This document shows positions 1 through 14,956 of a stretch of DNA of 64,000 nt, piece by piece (the first letter of the stretch is position 1; every line of letters begins with the position of its first letter). The position numbers and the translations under genes are program-made. The notes beneath the pieces were generated by a model that made no database searches, was not told the origin of the DNA, and worked only from the letters and a program-made list of their open reading frames with translations. The stretch is from Eledone cirrhosa (Eukaryota). The stretch covers positions 385,578,001 to 385,642,000 of the forward strand of contig OZ024741.1 of assembly GCA_964016885.1 (NCBI GenBank), given 5' to 3'.

Positions 1-973
1 TTTTTATGCTTTGATTTCAAATGATATTAGACAAACTTTTTTTATCATCCCTCTTTGTAGATAATGAAAAAAAACTTTGTTTTATTACAACTAGAAATTT
101 GGTATTATGCTTCTGAACGTTTATATATATATCTTAAAATGCACCCAGTACACTCTAGAGTTACTGGTGTTAAAAAAAGGCACCCAAATCATGCCAAAAC
201 ACGAACATATGTAAACGAAATGTGACCCTCCTCCCCCCACAGCTTATCTAGGAGAATGTTAGCACTAATTAAGTGTTGATTAAATACACACAAAATACAT
301 ATTTCTTGTTTCATCTATACTTTTGACATAATAATTGGGTTTAATGAATGGTGTACAGTGTAATATAGTTTCTTTTGTTATTTAGCGCCAGAGCAGATAT
401 TTTAACAAAAGCCATCCAGCTATGACCATCCTAACTTCTATATTATCCAATGTGTCCTTTTTTTAAAACGGTGGAGCATGATTTGAGGTTGATTAGGTTG
501 CTATTTCTAGCAGGTTGAGTAACCACATAGAGGGTCCCTTGGCTTATGATAATGTTTGTAAGGTTTCTAATTCTTTTCAAAATGTACTTTATTTATAATA
601 TGAGAAAATTAAAAAATAAGACTTTTATAAATAAAAAGAAAATAGTGAATTCTCTGACAACTCATCCAACACCTCACTAATCCTTTTGATACAAATCCAC
701 CTGAAACCACCCCAGTTTTATGATACATAACTGATCATGTTAAAATGTTCATACTTACATTATAATCTTCCATCATATTTAAAAGAAATTTTTGTTAAGA
801 AATTTTTCAAACATCAGCTTACTGATGAAAAGATTAGTTATCTCATTACATTCTTCAAATTTTCAAAATTAATTGACGCACATAGGTTGTGTATTCCATT
901 AGAAATATGGTAACAAGAGGATTAAATGATGGTGATGAAAGATTATGAAAAAAACATGAAGATTAAGACTCAC

Positions 974-1067
974 CTAAATGAAGCCGTTTTCGACCTTTAT
1001 GATGTGGTATTAGAACTGGTTTATGACTACTGGCATGGGGATTTACAAGTGGTTCTATACGATAAGC
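974..1067 (-). CDS. SEC23IP: SEC23IP coding exon 17 ([10 protein letters not shown]...[12 protein letters not shown])
   Basis: ttgtag acceptor, 94 nt, donor G|GTGAGT. Confidence 0.96.
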
Positions 1068-4000
1068 CTACAATATATCAACACAAGAAATTGAAATTTT
1101 GAGCTGTAATGAGAAGGTCATATTCTCACATCACAAATTATATGTCTCACTTGCCATACTTTTTACATATTTCTCTGCTGTTATATGAAATAGATCAAGG
1201 TTTCTGGAGGGATGAAGACAAACAATTAATTGTAGAAGGGTCCCACCCTTGCAAGCAGGGAAAAAGCAGACGTAAAATGAAATGATGATGGGAATAGAGT
1301 CAGTAATGAATCCTATGAAAAGAAATGGACTGGCACATGCAATGAAAGTGACTGGGTGAGAGACATGATGAAAATGAATGTAGAAGGAAGAATGTGGTGA
1401 AATATGATAGAGGAGGAGGAGGAGTGAAAATCAGGGGATTGGCAAACAGGATGTAAAGTCTAAAGAGTCTGTCTTTAGCCAGAAGGCTCGTTAGGCTGGT
1501 GCTTATCCTGGTTTCATGACATGAAGTGACTGAAAGTACAAGACTTTCCCCTGGACAGGACGCCAGTCCATCGAAGGGTTAAACCTCCAGCTATTACTGG
1601 TACTCATTTTCAGCTGAGTGTACTTGAGCAACATGAAATGAAGTGTTTTGTTCAAGAACACAACATGCAACCCAGCCCAGGAATTGAACCCACGACATCA
1701 TAATCATAAGTCCAACACCCTTACCACTAGGATGTAAAGAAGAGCAAAATGGAGAAGCCTGTGATGGGGCCGACAATGATAATGCCTGTTTTAGCATGGA
1801 GAATGGGCTTAACATGCTTGTTTTAGTTGTTTGTTCATGTAATCAACCAACACAGAAACCTTTTAAGATGGAATTGCATTATATATTTGGCTCAATCTAT
1901 TTAACATGAAACTGGATCTCATTACAAGGAAAATCCCATCATTTAACATCAGTTTAGATTAACATCGATTATTGTGTTCCATCTTGGGCTGGACAAGTCC
2001 ATAGTACAAGAACTACTGTGATTAAATCTTGTGTCATTTTATCTCAGCATTTTGTATCAGTGAACAGATAACCATTTCTGTTGACGAAGCTTGGTTATCT
2101 TCCAGCATCTATATATCTTTGATTTTATAGCTATATGATGACAGAAATTTAACCAATTCTTGCCAATGTTCAATAAAATATCTAATAAGAAACTCCATCG
2201 AAGCAGTTGCCATGTGGCTTTACATTTTAAATTTTAGGATATCATGTCAATCATCGTTTAATGTCCATTTTCCATGCTAGCATGGGTTAGACGTGTTGTC
2301 CCTTTTCAGGTAAGTTGGTTCAGGTGACTGTACCTTACTCATATAGGACTGTTTCTGGCTAGGTTTCTACAGCTGGATGCCCTTCCTAATGCCAACTATA
2401 TTGACAGTATATGCTGGGTGCTTTTTGCCGTGTCTCCTACACGACCACTTTACAGTGTGGGCTGAGTATGTTTTGATATGACATAATTCTTGGTAAATTT
2501 CAAAATTATTTTGCAATAAATGTTTGATAGAACAACAAGCATTTTAAGACCATTTTCCCAGGTCCCACCCTTGCAGGTAGGGAAAAGCAGACGTAAAATG
2601 ATGATTTGTAAGAAATTAGAGACATAAAGTAAAAATAACTTACCACAGAATCAAACTGAAGATACAGCCAAAGGAATATGAAAAGAAAATATAAATAATT
2701 ATAAGTATAGTTCCATCAAAATATTTTAACTTATGTTTTTTTTTAAATCTAAGTTACATCGACGTAATTTTTACATTCGTTTTATCCATGCTTGCATGGG
2801 TTTGACAAGATCCTTTTCAGGCAATCTTACTACAGTCAGATGTCCTCCCTAATGCCAACCAATACCTTATGCTAGGTACGGTACATGTCGTTGGCACCTG
2901 TCAGACACTACAGGACATTATTTATGGGGAGGCATAAGCAACTGCTGGCTTTGTAAGCCAATATTATGTTTGCAGTGACACTTCCTGATGCTAACCCTTG
3001 CATTTTTTAAATGTAAGATACAGATCTTTTACATGTCTAATCAGATATGACCATGATACTAAATCAGAGTTGAATGCCAATATCCACTTGTTATCATAAA
3101 AACTAATATTAATATTGTTTATTATCTTTAATAAAACACATGCTGAATATGCATTTACCAATAACAAATATTTATAGTATAGTGTAATATAGTATAATGT
3201 AGTATTGTAATATAGTATAATATAGTATAGTGTAATATAGTATAAGACAATGTAGTATTGTATAGTATAGGATAGTGTAGTATAATATATTATAGTAAAG
3301 GATAGTGAAGTGTAATATTATATAGTATAGTGTAGTGTAATATAGTATAGGAAAGTGTAGTATAATATAGTATAATATTTATTTATTCAGCAATTCCTAA
3401 CATACATAGATTATGTCTGTGGGGTTAATGCCCACGTGTTACGATGGCTCTGAACTTACCGGATGGAAAATGTTGAAAACTCTGGGACATGTTGGAAGGC
3501 AGAATTCTTCGCCTACTTTCTCTACTCCACGTACAGCTAGAAATACTCCAATAGGAGAGCCTAAAGCGAAGAAGCTAGAGGGATGAAAGAGTAACTGTGG
3601 ATATTCAACAAAAGGCTGTCCAGTACCAGCCACACCCATTAAATAGTCTACAGAAACAGATGTCTGAGATTTCAACAATCTAAAAGGAAAAAAATATATA
3701 TAAGACAAAATTATGATCAAAGTTAATACTAAATTATAATTTTTACCTATCTTACAAATGCTTTTGCATTTTGAATTGGGTAAGACAACTTAACCCTTTT
3801 GTTACCAAATCATCTCCATGTTCTATACTGTTTATTTTAAAGTATTTATATATATTTAAAGATGGTGTTGTGACTGGGTTTAGGAGATCAACCAAGTATT
3901 CTCTCCACCTCGCAAGGAGAACCCCAGACATGTTCTTTATTGCAGGCATGGAAGAGAAATTCTTATTATGAAGTTGGCAGATGGTCTGCCAGAACAATTT

Positions 4001-7000
4001 ATTTGCTGATCTGAAGTTGGATTCCAGCTAAACCCCCAACAAAAGAGTTAAATTTGTAGATTTTTTTTTCAGTTGTTCTTTTAGCAGAGGTTTTATGATC
4101 GGCTGCTCTACCTATCTATTCACTGTCCATTTCCATCGCAATATAGGGCTGATAGTTATTTTCCAAGATGATGAAGTGAGGCAAGTAGATTTAAAGGATA
4201 TAGTACATACATGTGTTTTAGACTTAAAAGTCACAAACTGAACTGTAAAACACTTTCTGATTGAGACAAAGGAATAAAAAATATACAATCAACAGGCCCT
4301 TATCAAAGGCCTGTTACTCCTTTCTGTTTCAAATTGCTTATAATTACTAATATCATTTCACAAATACATTTATCTAAAATTTTGGCTGACTTATTTATAA
4401 CTCTATAAGTACTATTCTGCACCTTATAGCTTCTTTACTTTCTCTTTTAAGCTCTCCTCATTGAGGGATTGTAGAGATAATTCTAGTATGTAAACACCAA
4501 AGCCAACTTCTGCATTAAGCAATAGGAAGCCTAAAATCTCTTTCTCTCTCAATCCCCCACCAAAAAATAATGTACAACTCACTTTTCTTTTAAGTCTATT
4601 TCAGCTTTTTTCAGTTTCTCTTCCTCTTGTTTTTTCTTCTCAGCCTCTATCTTCAGCTTAATGGCAATCTCTTCTTGGTGCTATATAAACAACAAATCAA
4701 ACAATACATCATTAATAGTCTTAAATATAATTAACAAACATTTTTTCATGTCTTCAATGAAAAGTCTCAAATCTGAATGCAAAGAAGGAGGCTTACAAAG
4801 CTTGGTTTGGAAATAAGTCCTCCTTCTTACAATGGTGGTACAAGCTGGCGCAAAAAGTTACAGCAGAGACAGTAAAGTTAAAACATGGGAGGACTTAGGG
4901 GTTAAGCTAGAATCCAACTGCTGATCAACAAATAAAGTGTTCTGGCACACTATCCGTCAATTTCGTAATAAGAAGTCCTCCTCCATGCCTGCTATCAGGA
5001 ATGTGTCTGGAATTCTTCTTGCATGGCAGGGAGCATACTTTGCTGATCTCTTAAACTTAGTCACAATAACAACACATGCGGTGCATCTGAGAGCAATGAC
5101 TAATTTCTCAAAGCAATTAAAAAGTTCAAATATGGCATGGCCACTAGGGAAAATGAAATTTGGCCTGAGATGTTAAAGGCTTTAAATAGAAAAAGTATTC
5201 TCTGGCTGACTTGTGTGTGCCTGGATCTCTGGAAAGGCACCTAAGCAATGGTAATTGGGAGTGATAATCCCAATTTTCAAAAAGGGAGACAAGAGAGATT
5301 GTTCAAATTATAGAGGGATCTCTTTGTTAAACCTCCTGGTAAAGCCTATGGTAAGTACTTAGAAAGAGATATAGGGATATTTTCATGTTCAAACTAGCTG
5401 ATGAACAGTGTGGTTGTTGCCCCGGACACAGCCCAGCCAACCAAATATTCACACTGCAGCAGGTCTTTGAGAAATCGCTTGAGTATTGCCAAGAAGTGTA
5501 TGTGTTTTGTAGACCTCGAAAAGGCATATGACCATGCTCCACGGGACCTGTTGTGGAAGGTTCTGCAAGAGTATGGGATCGATGGACAGTTTCTTGTTGC
5601 TCTGATGTCTCTATATGAATGCCCTAGTATTTGAGTGAAAACAGCAATGTTACACAGTCACAGTGCATTGAAATACTTGAATTTACAGAATTTCTTATAT
5701 GTTACCTGTTTTAATTCTGCCATCAACTTCTGTAGTTTTTTTCTTGGTCCCATAGGTAAACCAAGACATTTCAAATCTTCATCAGTACACATACTCTAGA
5801 AAAAAGACAAGAGGACATTTATCACTTGGAACTAACTAGGATTATATACTGATTATATTTTTGCCAAATAGTTCAACTGTTACATTGAAAATACAAACAT
5901 GAAGTACTAATAGAACATATATGAAGCCTCCCAGAACCTTGTTAAATGAAACAAAACCACTTTTAATGAGTTCCTACTGAAATTTAAATCTTCCAACATA
6001 ATTTGATATAAGAAACTGTTGTTAAGTAGTTATCATACAAATGCTAATATAATCGTTTCTGATTTAGGCACAAGGCCAACATTGTGGGGGTGGGGGGAGA
6101 AAGTCAATTAAATTGACCCCAGAGCATTACTGGTACTTTATTTTATTGACCCCATGAGGATCAAAGGCAAAGTTAACCTTGGCAGGATTTGAAAAAAGAA
6201 TGTAAAAAGACGTAATTATGCCATGAAGCATGGTGTCTGATGCTCTACTGATTACTGCCAATCCTCGTCCTTACAAATACCATCATAACAATGGTTTCTG
6301 ATTTAGGCACAAGGTCAACTTGGGGGGGAGGGGTTAAATCGACCCCATTGCATTATTGGAACTTTATTTTATCAACACAGTAAGGATGAAAGGCAAAGCT
6401 AACCTCAGCAGGATTTGAACTCAGAATGTTAATAATTGTAACTGGATGGAGTAAAACCCCCTGCAGAAGTACCAACATAAAGTTATTAAATAACACAAAC
6501 TGCCATCCTGATACAGATTACTAGTTCCCACAACAACGGTAATAACCTAAATGTAATTTCTACCGGAGCAAGACACGGTCACCCGAGCCAACTTGCCTCC
6601 AAATGGGACAAACCCATCTAACCCATGCTAGCGTGGAAGATAGACATTAATCAATGATTCCCGTTAAAGTATTAATGAACAACACACAGAGAAAAATAAA
6701 ATAAAATACAGAAAATAGACAACCGATCACATTGCAGCTTTGTAGTTACATGTGTTTATGACTCATTGAACTGTTGTTTACTTTTGTTTCTAAGTCTAAA
6801 AAAAAAATGATGAAATGAGTGATGAATCCAGCACTTTGTCTGGTAAATGAACAAAGTCTAGAATCTTTACAGTTAAGGAAATTATTAATATTTATTCTAT
6901 GGATGAAGGTGAGCAAGAATTTCAACAAGTCTACCTTTATGAAGACAGCGAGAGTGATTTGGACAATGACACTTGTGTTCCAAACACCAGCTTAATAAGA

Positions 7001-10000
7001 AAGCTATACTACTAAATCCCTTTAAATTCTTGACAATTTTCAAAATAACTTGAAAATCATAAATATATGGTAGAGAGCTTGCCAAACAAAGGGCTGGCAG
7101 GACGCCTCAATCATGTCAAGGACATGACAGCCTCCCTAATGTTTGGTGACCTACACGATAAATGCACCCAGTACATGCTGTAAAGTGGTTGGTGATATGA
7201 AGGGCATTCAGCTGTAGAAAGTTTGCCAATCAAAGGATTCGGAGGACTCCTCAGTCAGGTCAAGGACATGACAACCTCTCCTGTGCACTCGGTAGAACAT
7301 GAGACACAGATCTCTGGTCTGTCTGGGAGGTCAGTAGCCCCACTTCCATACTGTTAAAATGATGATGGTAATAAAAAGAGTAAAGTTCATCTGAAAATCA
7401 CTAAACAAAATTATATAAAAGTAAAATCTCACCAATGAATCAACATCAATTTGTTCAACTTTAAATATATCTATTTTGTCTTGAAGTCCAGCTTTAGCCA
7501 ATAATTCTTCAAGGTTCATCTCAGTTTCTTCAGTTGTCGCTTCCAAAGTAATTGGCTTAAAACCAGAAACAATTAAGAATTTCAGTCATGACAAAATTGT
7601 TTTCTGATATTTAAATTCATGTTAGTTAATTTTAAAAAAGAGAGAATATATTATAGTTAATATAAAGAATGATTAGCTCATGTGTGGAGACCATCTTTAA
7701 ATGTGCTCCAGCCTATTTTCAAAGGTATTTTATAGCATCTCCACACATGAGCACATCATTCTTTATATTAACTATCTTCTCAGGTCCAAGAGATCGGCTA
7801 CACATACAATGAGAATATAATTTTTGAAATGAGATCTTTAAATAATATTCATACATTAAATAATATTCATACTTCAAATATTGTTCATATGTTGAATATA
7901 ATAATCTATTTTGATATAGATAAAAATGTAATTTACTTCGTCATTTTCTATTAAAGCAGCTGGTTCTGGAGTAGCATCCCTGCTCTTCTCTCCTAATTTC
8001 TGACTATTTAGAGGATTGTGCTGGTGCAACAACAAATCAAAAAGAATAGAGGAACCTGAAATTGTAGACAAACAGCAGAGTAAGAGAAACATATTGGAAT
8101 CAGATATCATCAACATCATAATTCAACTGCAGTAGCAGACAACCAGCCATTGAAGTTTTCATAATCAGTTGTGGTCCAGTGGTCATGAGTGGCCATTAGT
8201 AGGATTTGAATCTCTAAGTGGAATGTTTCATTGGATGTGCAATGTAAATGTGAGAGAAAGGCAGAGCTTGAGTGAACTGAGGAAGAAACTGGGTTTAAGA
8301 GGAATCTGAAGTGGTGTACAAGAGAGAAGACTGCATTGGTATGGACAATGATCACTGGATGAAGAAGTGCAAGGAAATCTCAGTGAAGGGAAGTCGTAGT
8401 AGAGGTAGACCAAGGAAAACCTAGGTGGAGGTGGTGAGAGCTGATCGCAAATTGCTGAGACTCACAAAGGAGATGACAAAGGAACATGGCAAGTGAAGAG
8501 ATGCTGTGCTGAAAAGGACCCATCTAACCTATGCAAGTGTGGAAAAATAGACAGAAAAACGATGATATGATGACAAAGTGCGAAAATAGATATGCGTAAA
8601 GCATTAGTCAACCTAAGGCTCTAATAGAAGACATTTGCCCAAAGTGTAGTGCAGTGAAATGAGCTGAAAACAATGTGGTTGTAGAACAAACTCAGTAACT
8701 ACACAGCCATACCTTTGCTTACCTGTTGCTGATATTGTAAAGTTAATAAAAGTACACTAACCTAAACTATGTCCAGATACTGATGTAGTCCCTTTGAAAG
8801 TAGGATTTCTTGACAAAAATAATTCATATAGACGATTAATTTCCGAGCCAACAGTATCACACATTGTCTGCAAAAAATAATTATTACAATTCATGATAGA
8901 ATATAGATATACACATAAATATATATCTCTACATTTTAAATGCCCCCATTTCTTTCCACACAATTTAACCCTTTTGTCATAATATTTCTAATGAAAGAAA
9001 TTGTCTATGATTTTCAAATAATTTTGAAAATAATAAAGAATTTTGGAGAGATTAAGTAATATAACTGTCTGATTATTAAGCTGGCCTTTGGAATATGACT
9101 TAGTTATTACATAAAATAATGATGGAAGGTTGTTAGATAAATAAATAAAACAGTTTTGTATCATATAACCAGGGGTGATTTCAGGCAGTTTGATATGGAA
9201 GGAGTTAATATAATCACATACAATTAAAATTTGTGTTGCCCATCATTTAATAGGTAATTTTGCCACTGTAGGTAAGGGGGGAAAATAAATAAACATGTAT
9301 AAATATATAAATAAAATCATAACTCACTACAGCTAAGAGGATTCATAACATTACTAAAATAATTTATCACTATGAATTAATGAAGAATTTGAACGGATTT
9401 ACAAAAATTAGTAATTATTTATTACAATAGTATTTGATAGGTTTCGGCCAATTTTGGCCCAAGTCATGTCTAACTTAAGAGCACCACATATATATAATGT
9501 GCATGTGTGTTTACTAATTCAATGAGAATATTTTTGGCATTCCAGATTACACACTGAAAAGATTTTGGCATTCCAGATTACACACTGAAAATTATATTAG
9601 ATTAACTCTTTAAAAACTTACAGAGTCAAGTTATGACTACAACAAATAATAATAATTGTTTCTACGTTAGGCACAAGGCCAGCAATTACCCAGTGCATTA
9701 CTGGTACTTTATTTTATCGACCCCGTAAGGATGAAAGGCAAAGTTAACCTCGGTGGGATTTGAACTCAGAATGGCAAGGGCCGTAACTCTATACGTCAAA
9801 GCATGGCGTCCGACCCTCTACCGATACTGCCAATCCACCGCCAACAAATAATAATAATACAACAGAGTAAATACAGAAGTTACTTTACGAGAATGATTGT
9901 TAACACAAAGGTTTGGAGTTAATGTTTGTGGTGGTAATTGGTAAAATAACAGCAAAAGGATGTATTTACCTGGCAGTATTTAGGACTGGTATAAAAAAGT

Positions 10001-13000
10001 ATATCTAACAAGGTATCGTTGATAAACTGACGTAGCTTTTGTGTGCTTGGAAGAGTTATTGCTTTCAGTTGACTGTAGAAAAGAAATACCAGTTATATAC
10101 AACAACAACAAGCATTTTATGACAATCTTCCCTGCTTCAGAGATTAGTTAGATAGATGTAATGCACCAGAACCAACAAAGCAACTTTTTTTACACTTGCT
10201 TCAACTACAATAATAAATAGCAGCCAAATCTTCAAATCACACCTCACCATTTAAAAAAAACAAGGACGTGTACCAGGAAAAAGATAGAATGGCCATAGCT
10301 GAAATGCATCAGGACTGAACTAGGGTTAAGCAGCAGCAACAGTGACACAAGAATCATATAATCTAACAAGAGATCTCCTTTGTGGTTGTTCAGCTCATTA
10401 CAGAAATAGTACTTATATCTTTTCTGGGTAGGAAATGACAATGGGCTGGGTGGAGTAGGAATTATGTTAGCAGAAAAATGGGTAGATAAGTTAATTGCCG
10501 TAAATAGAGTGAATGACAGAATAATTAAAATAAGACTAGTTCTAAATAGAACTACTGTGACAATAATATCCGCTTATGCACCCCAATCTGGTCTACCTGA
10601 CGTTATAAAAGACAGGTTCTATGAGTCGCTAATGCTCACTACCTCCCAAATAACTGACAGTGACTACATAATTATTGCTGGCGACCTAAATGGTCACGTT
10701 GGACAACATTGTGATGGCTATGACGGAATCCATGGAGGCTATAGGTTTGGTACTAGAAATGAGGAAGGCTTCAGAATCCTGGAATTCTGTGATGCTAATA
10801 ACCTAACTATCTGTAACACAAACTTAAAAAAACGAGACAATCTCTTGATCACCTATAAATCAGGGGAACATGCCAGCCAGATAGATTATATCCTTACTAG
10901 AAGACGTGACAGAGTGTCTGTTGTAAACACTAAGTCCCTCCCCCATGAAGAATGCACCTCCCAACATAGCCTAATAGTTAGTGACCTCATAGTCAGGACT
11001 AGACGTACTCGACGACAGAGGAGGACTACCTTGAGAAGAATATGGAAGTTGACGGACCCCACAGCCAGTAACAAATTTAAAAGCATATTACTTGTTGCTT
11101 TTGACAGTAAGGAAGAGCAATTAGAGACATACCATATAGAGGAACAGTGGGGAATTCCTGAAAGTTAGCCTGCAGAAGGTGACAAGGCCAAAAAGCAGGC
11201 TTGGAAAGTATGGCAGGATGGAGGAAGTAGAGAACACTTTCAAGTGGCCAGGAGAGAAGCTAGGAGACAAGTGTACTTTGCAAAAAGGGAAGCAGAGGAT
11301 AGAAAGTTCAAGCATGTTCTACAACGCGAGGACCAAAAACGTGAGGTGTTCAGGATTTCAAGACAATGCGTCAAGGAAAACTGTGATATTGTCAGGGAGA
11401 AGTGTGTCTGTAATGATGATGGTGTACTTGCCCTCTCTGATACTGATAAGAAGGTAGCTTGGAAGTGTCACTATGAGAGATTACTAGTTGAGGAGAATAA
11501 ATGGGAAAAAAAGAGTCTGCCCCAAATCAATCCAATAGAGGGACCAACGGTGCAAGTTGAAGGTAGTATAATAAGTAAGGCAATCAAAGATATGAAGACA
11601 GGCAAGGCAGCTGGGCCTTCGGAGATAGTTGCTGAGATGTTGAAAGCATCTGGAATGGTGGGACATACTATGGTTTCCCGGATAGTAAACCAAGTCATAC
11701 AGAATGGGGTTATACCAAATGACTGGCGTAGCAGCATCATCGTTAACTGCTACAAGGGTAAAGGAGATGCTCTAGATAGGGGAAACTATAGAGGCATTAA
11801 GTTACTTGACCAGGTCATGAAGGTCACAGAAAGAGTTATAGTACAACTAGTCAGAGAACGAATTGATCAAGATGAAATGCAGTTTGGGTTTGTGTCAGGT
11901 AAAAGTACCACAGATGCTCTTTTCCTTGTACGACAACTACACGAAAAGTACCTAGCTAAAAGTAAACCCCTCTACATAGCTTTTGTTGTCTTGGAGAAAG
12001 TCTTTGATGGAGGACCCCGCTCCGTTATCTGGTGGGCCCTTAGAAAACTAGGTGTAGATGAATGGCTTGTGAGAGCTATACAAGTCATGTATAAAGAAAC
12101 AGTCAGCAGGGTTAGAATTAACAATGAATATAGTGAAGAATTTAGCGTAAAAGTTGGTGTTCATCAAGGCTCTGTCCTTATCCCCCTCCTGTTCATTATT
12201 GCCCTTCAGAGGAGTTTAAGACCGGCTGCCCACGGGATCTTCTATATGCAGATGATCTAACTCTCATAGCTGAATCTATGGCTGAACTAGAGAAGAAGTT
12301 CCAAACATGAAAGCATGGGCTAGAATCAAAAGGCCTTAACGTTAACTTGTCTACTACTAAAGTTCTAGTATGTAGAAACAGAAATAGGGCACAAGTGCCC
12401 TCTAGGAAATGGCCATGCTCATTGTGTAGGAAAGGAGTAGGTAGAAATTCAATTTTATATCCCAAATGCAAACTATGGGTACATAAAAGATGTAGTGGGA
12501 TCACAGGTAAACTATCTAAGAACGTAGATTTTATATGTGGCCAATGCTCAGGAGCAATACGTAGCAGGGTGATCAAAATTGATGGAAGTTACGGAGTAGG
12601 TAGACCCAGAAAAACCTGGGACGATCTGATAAATCCCGACCTTACACATTTGCACCTCTCTAAGACAATGTCACTAGACTGAGATCTTTGGCGCCACACA
12701 ATAATACAAAAGACCTGCATTGCCTATGTACAAAGTGAAACCTATAGCAGTAGGCACCTCTTAACCAAATATACACCCCAACCCACTATCCCTACTCCCA
12801 CTCCCACCAACACCACCCTTTCTCTGTAAAGTTATGTTGGAACCACAACATCCAGTCCAACCTAATGAGGTCGTGTAGGTGTCACAACAAAAAACACACA
12901 GTCCACGCTGTAATGTGGTCATGTAGATAACCCGGTTAAAAGCTCCCAGTCCACACTGTAAATGTGGTTGGTGTTAGGAAGGGCATCCAGCCATAGAAAA

Positions 13001-14901
13001 CCTGCCAGATAGTCCTATACAGGCGAGACACGGTCACCCGACCAATCTTGCCTCAAGTGGAACAATTCCCGTCTAACCCATGCTAGCGTGGAAGATGGAC
13101 GTTAAATGATGATGACGATCTCTGTCATCTCGCACCTGTTTAAAATAAATGGACATATTGGATAGGCCAGACTATACTATATATATGCAAAAAAAGATGA
13201 GGTGGTCACAGCTGGAATGCTTTTGACCATAGATTTACTCAATCAGAGCATGGCTGGCCAGTGGCTAAACATCAAACAACTACATATTTGTTCATTAACA
13301 ACTTGCAGCAAATGTTTCCAAACTGCAATGGAATTAAAATTTTTCAGTAAGTTGGAATCTATTCAATATAAGGACTAAAAACTGGTGGTAATTCAATGCA
13401 AGAGACTCAATGGTATATCATCATTGTATAATGTCCATTTGCCAGGCTAGCATGGGTTAGACGAGCTGTCTCGTGAGACAAGCCAAGTCAGATGACTGTG
13501 TTCTGCTCTCACAGGACTGATTTTGGTTTCTACAGCTGGATGCCCTTCCTAATGCCAACCACATTGACAGTGTGGACTGGGTGCTTTTTGTCGTGACACC
13601 TACATGATTATTTTATAGTGTGGACTTGGCATTCATTGTTGTGGCACCAAGATGACCACTTTACAGTGTGGACTGGGGATTTGGATGGGGGAGATGCACG
13701 AGGAATTGGGGATAGATCTAGGGATGGGTGATTACAACATGGGAAATGTATGGGAGGGAAGGTGGTGCATACTAGATGTATGCTTCAGCCCCTGCATATG
13801 GGAAAGTGGGTCTTCTGTATTACTGCATAGCGCCAAAGATCATGGTCCTGTGTCATCACCTTTGAGAGGTGCAACTGTGCAAGGTCAGCTTTTATCACCT
13901 CATCCCAAGTCTTCCTAAGTCTTACCACACCATAGCTTCCATCAACTTTGAGCGTTCTGCATCTATTTATACAGCTGTCGTCCTTCATATGCATCACATG
14001 TCTATACCAACACAATTTCCTCTCTTGCACACTTTCTGCCCAGTTTCTCTCTCAGTTCATTTATGCTTTATCATTTATCTATGTTATTATTACACATCTA
14101 TAAAAAAATGGAAGCTTCATTTCTTTCCAATCTTTGCAGGTCCTCTGCACACAGTGCCCAGGTCTCACTACCATGTAACATTACTGTTCGTATACATGCA
14201 TCATACAATCTGCCCTTCATTTTGAGGGAAAAACCTTTTGTGGTTAGCAGTGGTAGTAACTCGTTGAAATTTCTCCATCGCATTCTCACTATGGCTACTG
14301 TGCTTTCGGAACTCTGGAGCTCAAACTTTGTCAATGCCTCACCACCGCCTCAAGACATTGGATGACGCAAGAAGAATTCAACATTAAATAGAAACATTGC
14401 AAGCACTTACTTATCTATACCTGTAGCTTCACTGTGTAATGCAGAATGCCAATGAACTGGCAGAAATTCAACACGACCAACATAACCTGTTTTAAGGCCT
14501 TCATTGAAGTGTGATTGTAGTAAGGTCTGTGAAATTGACCGGAAATCATCAACTGAGGATAGAAAAAAGAAAGTTAATCATATTACTGAATTCCACCAAT
14601 TTTTTAATGTTTTCAAAATGATTTGAAAATCATAGGCGCTGTCTTTTATTAGAAATATAACAAAAAGGTTAACATCTGATTTTTCTATACTAGTACGAGT
14701 TGGACGGGTTGTCACAAACCCAGTTAGAATATAATCAGAGTTACTGTCATCTCACTGACAGGCTGGGACCCATATCAGAGCTGGATTTACCTATAAGCTA
14801 AATAAGCTATAACTTAGAGCCACACACCTTTATGGGCTTCATTTTTTTAATATATATTTTTATTTTATCATTAGTTTTCATTTTTAAGCACTAAATCATC
14901 A

Positions 14902-14956
<55 letters not shown>

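Noticed and set aside
9531-9590. Direct duplication of about 30 bp (similar one at 28940-29005)
   Set aside because: Ordinary slippage duplications with no further structure.
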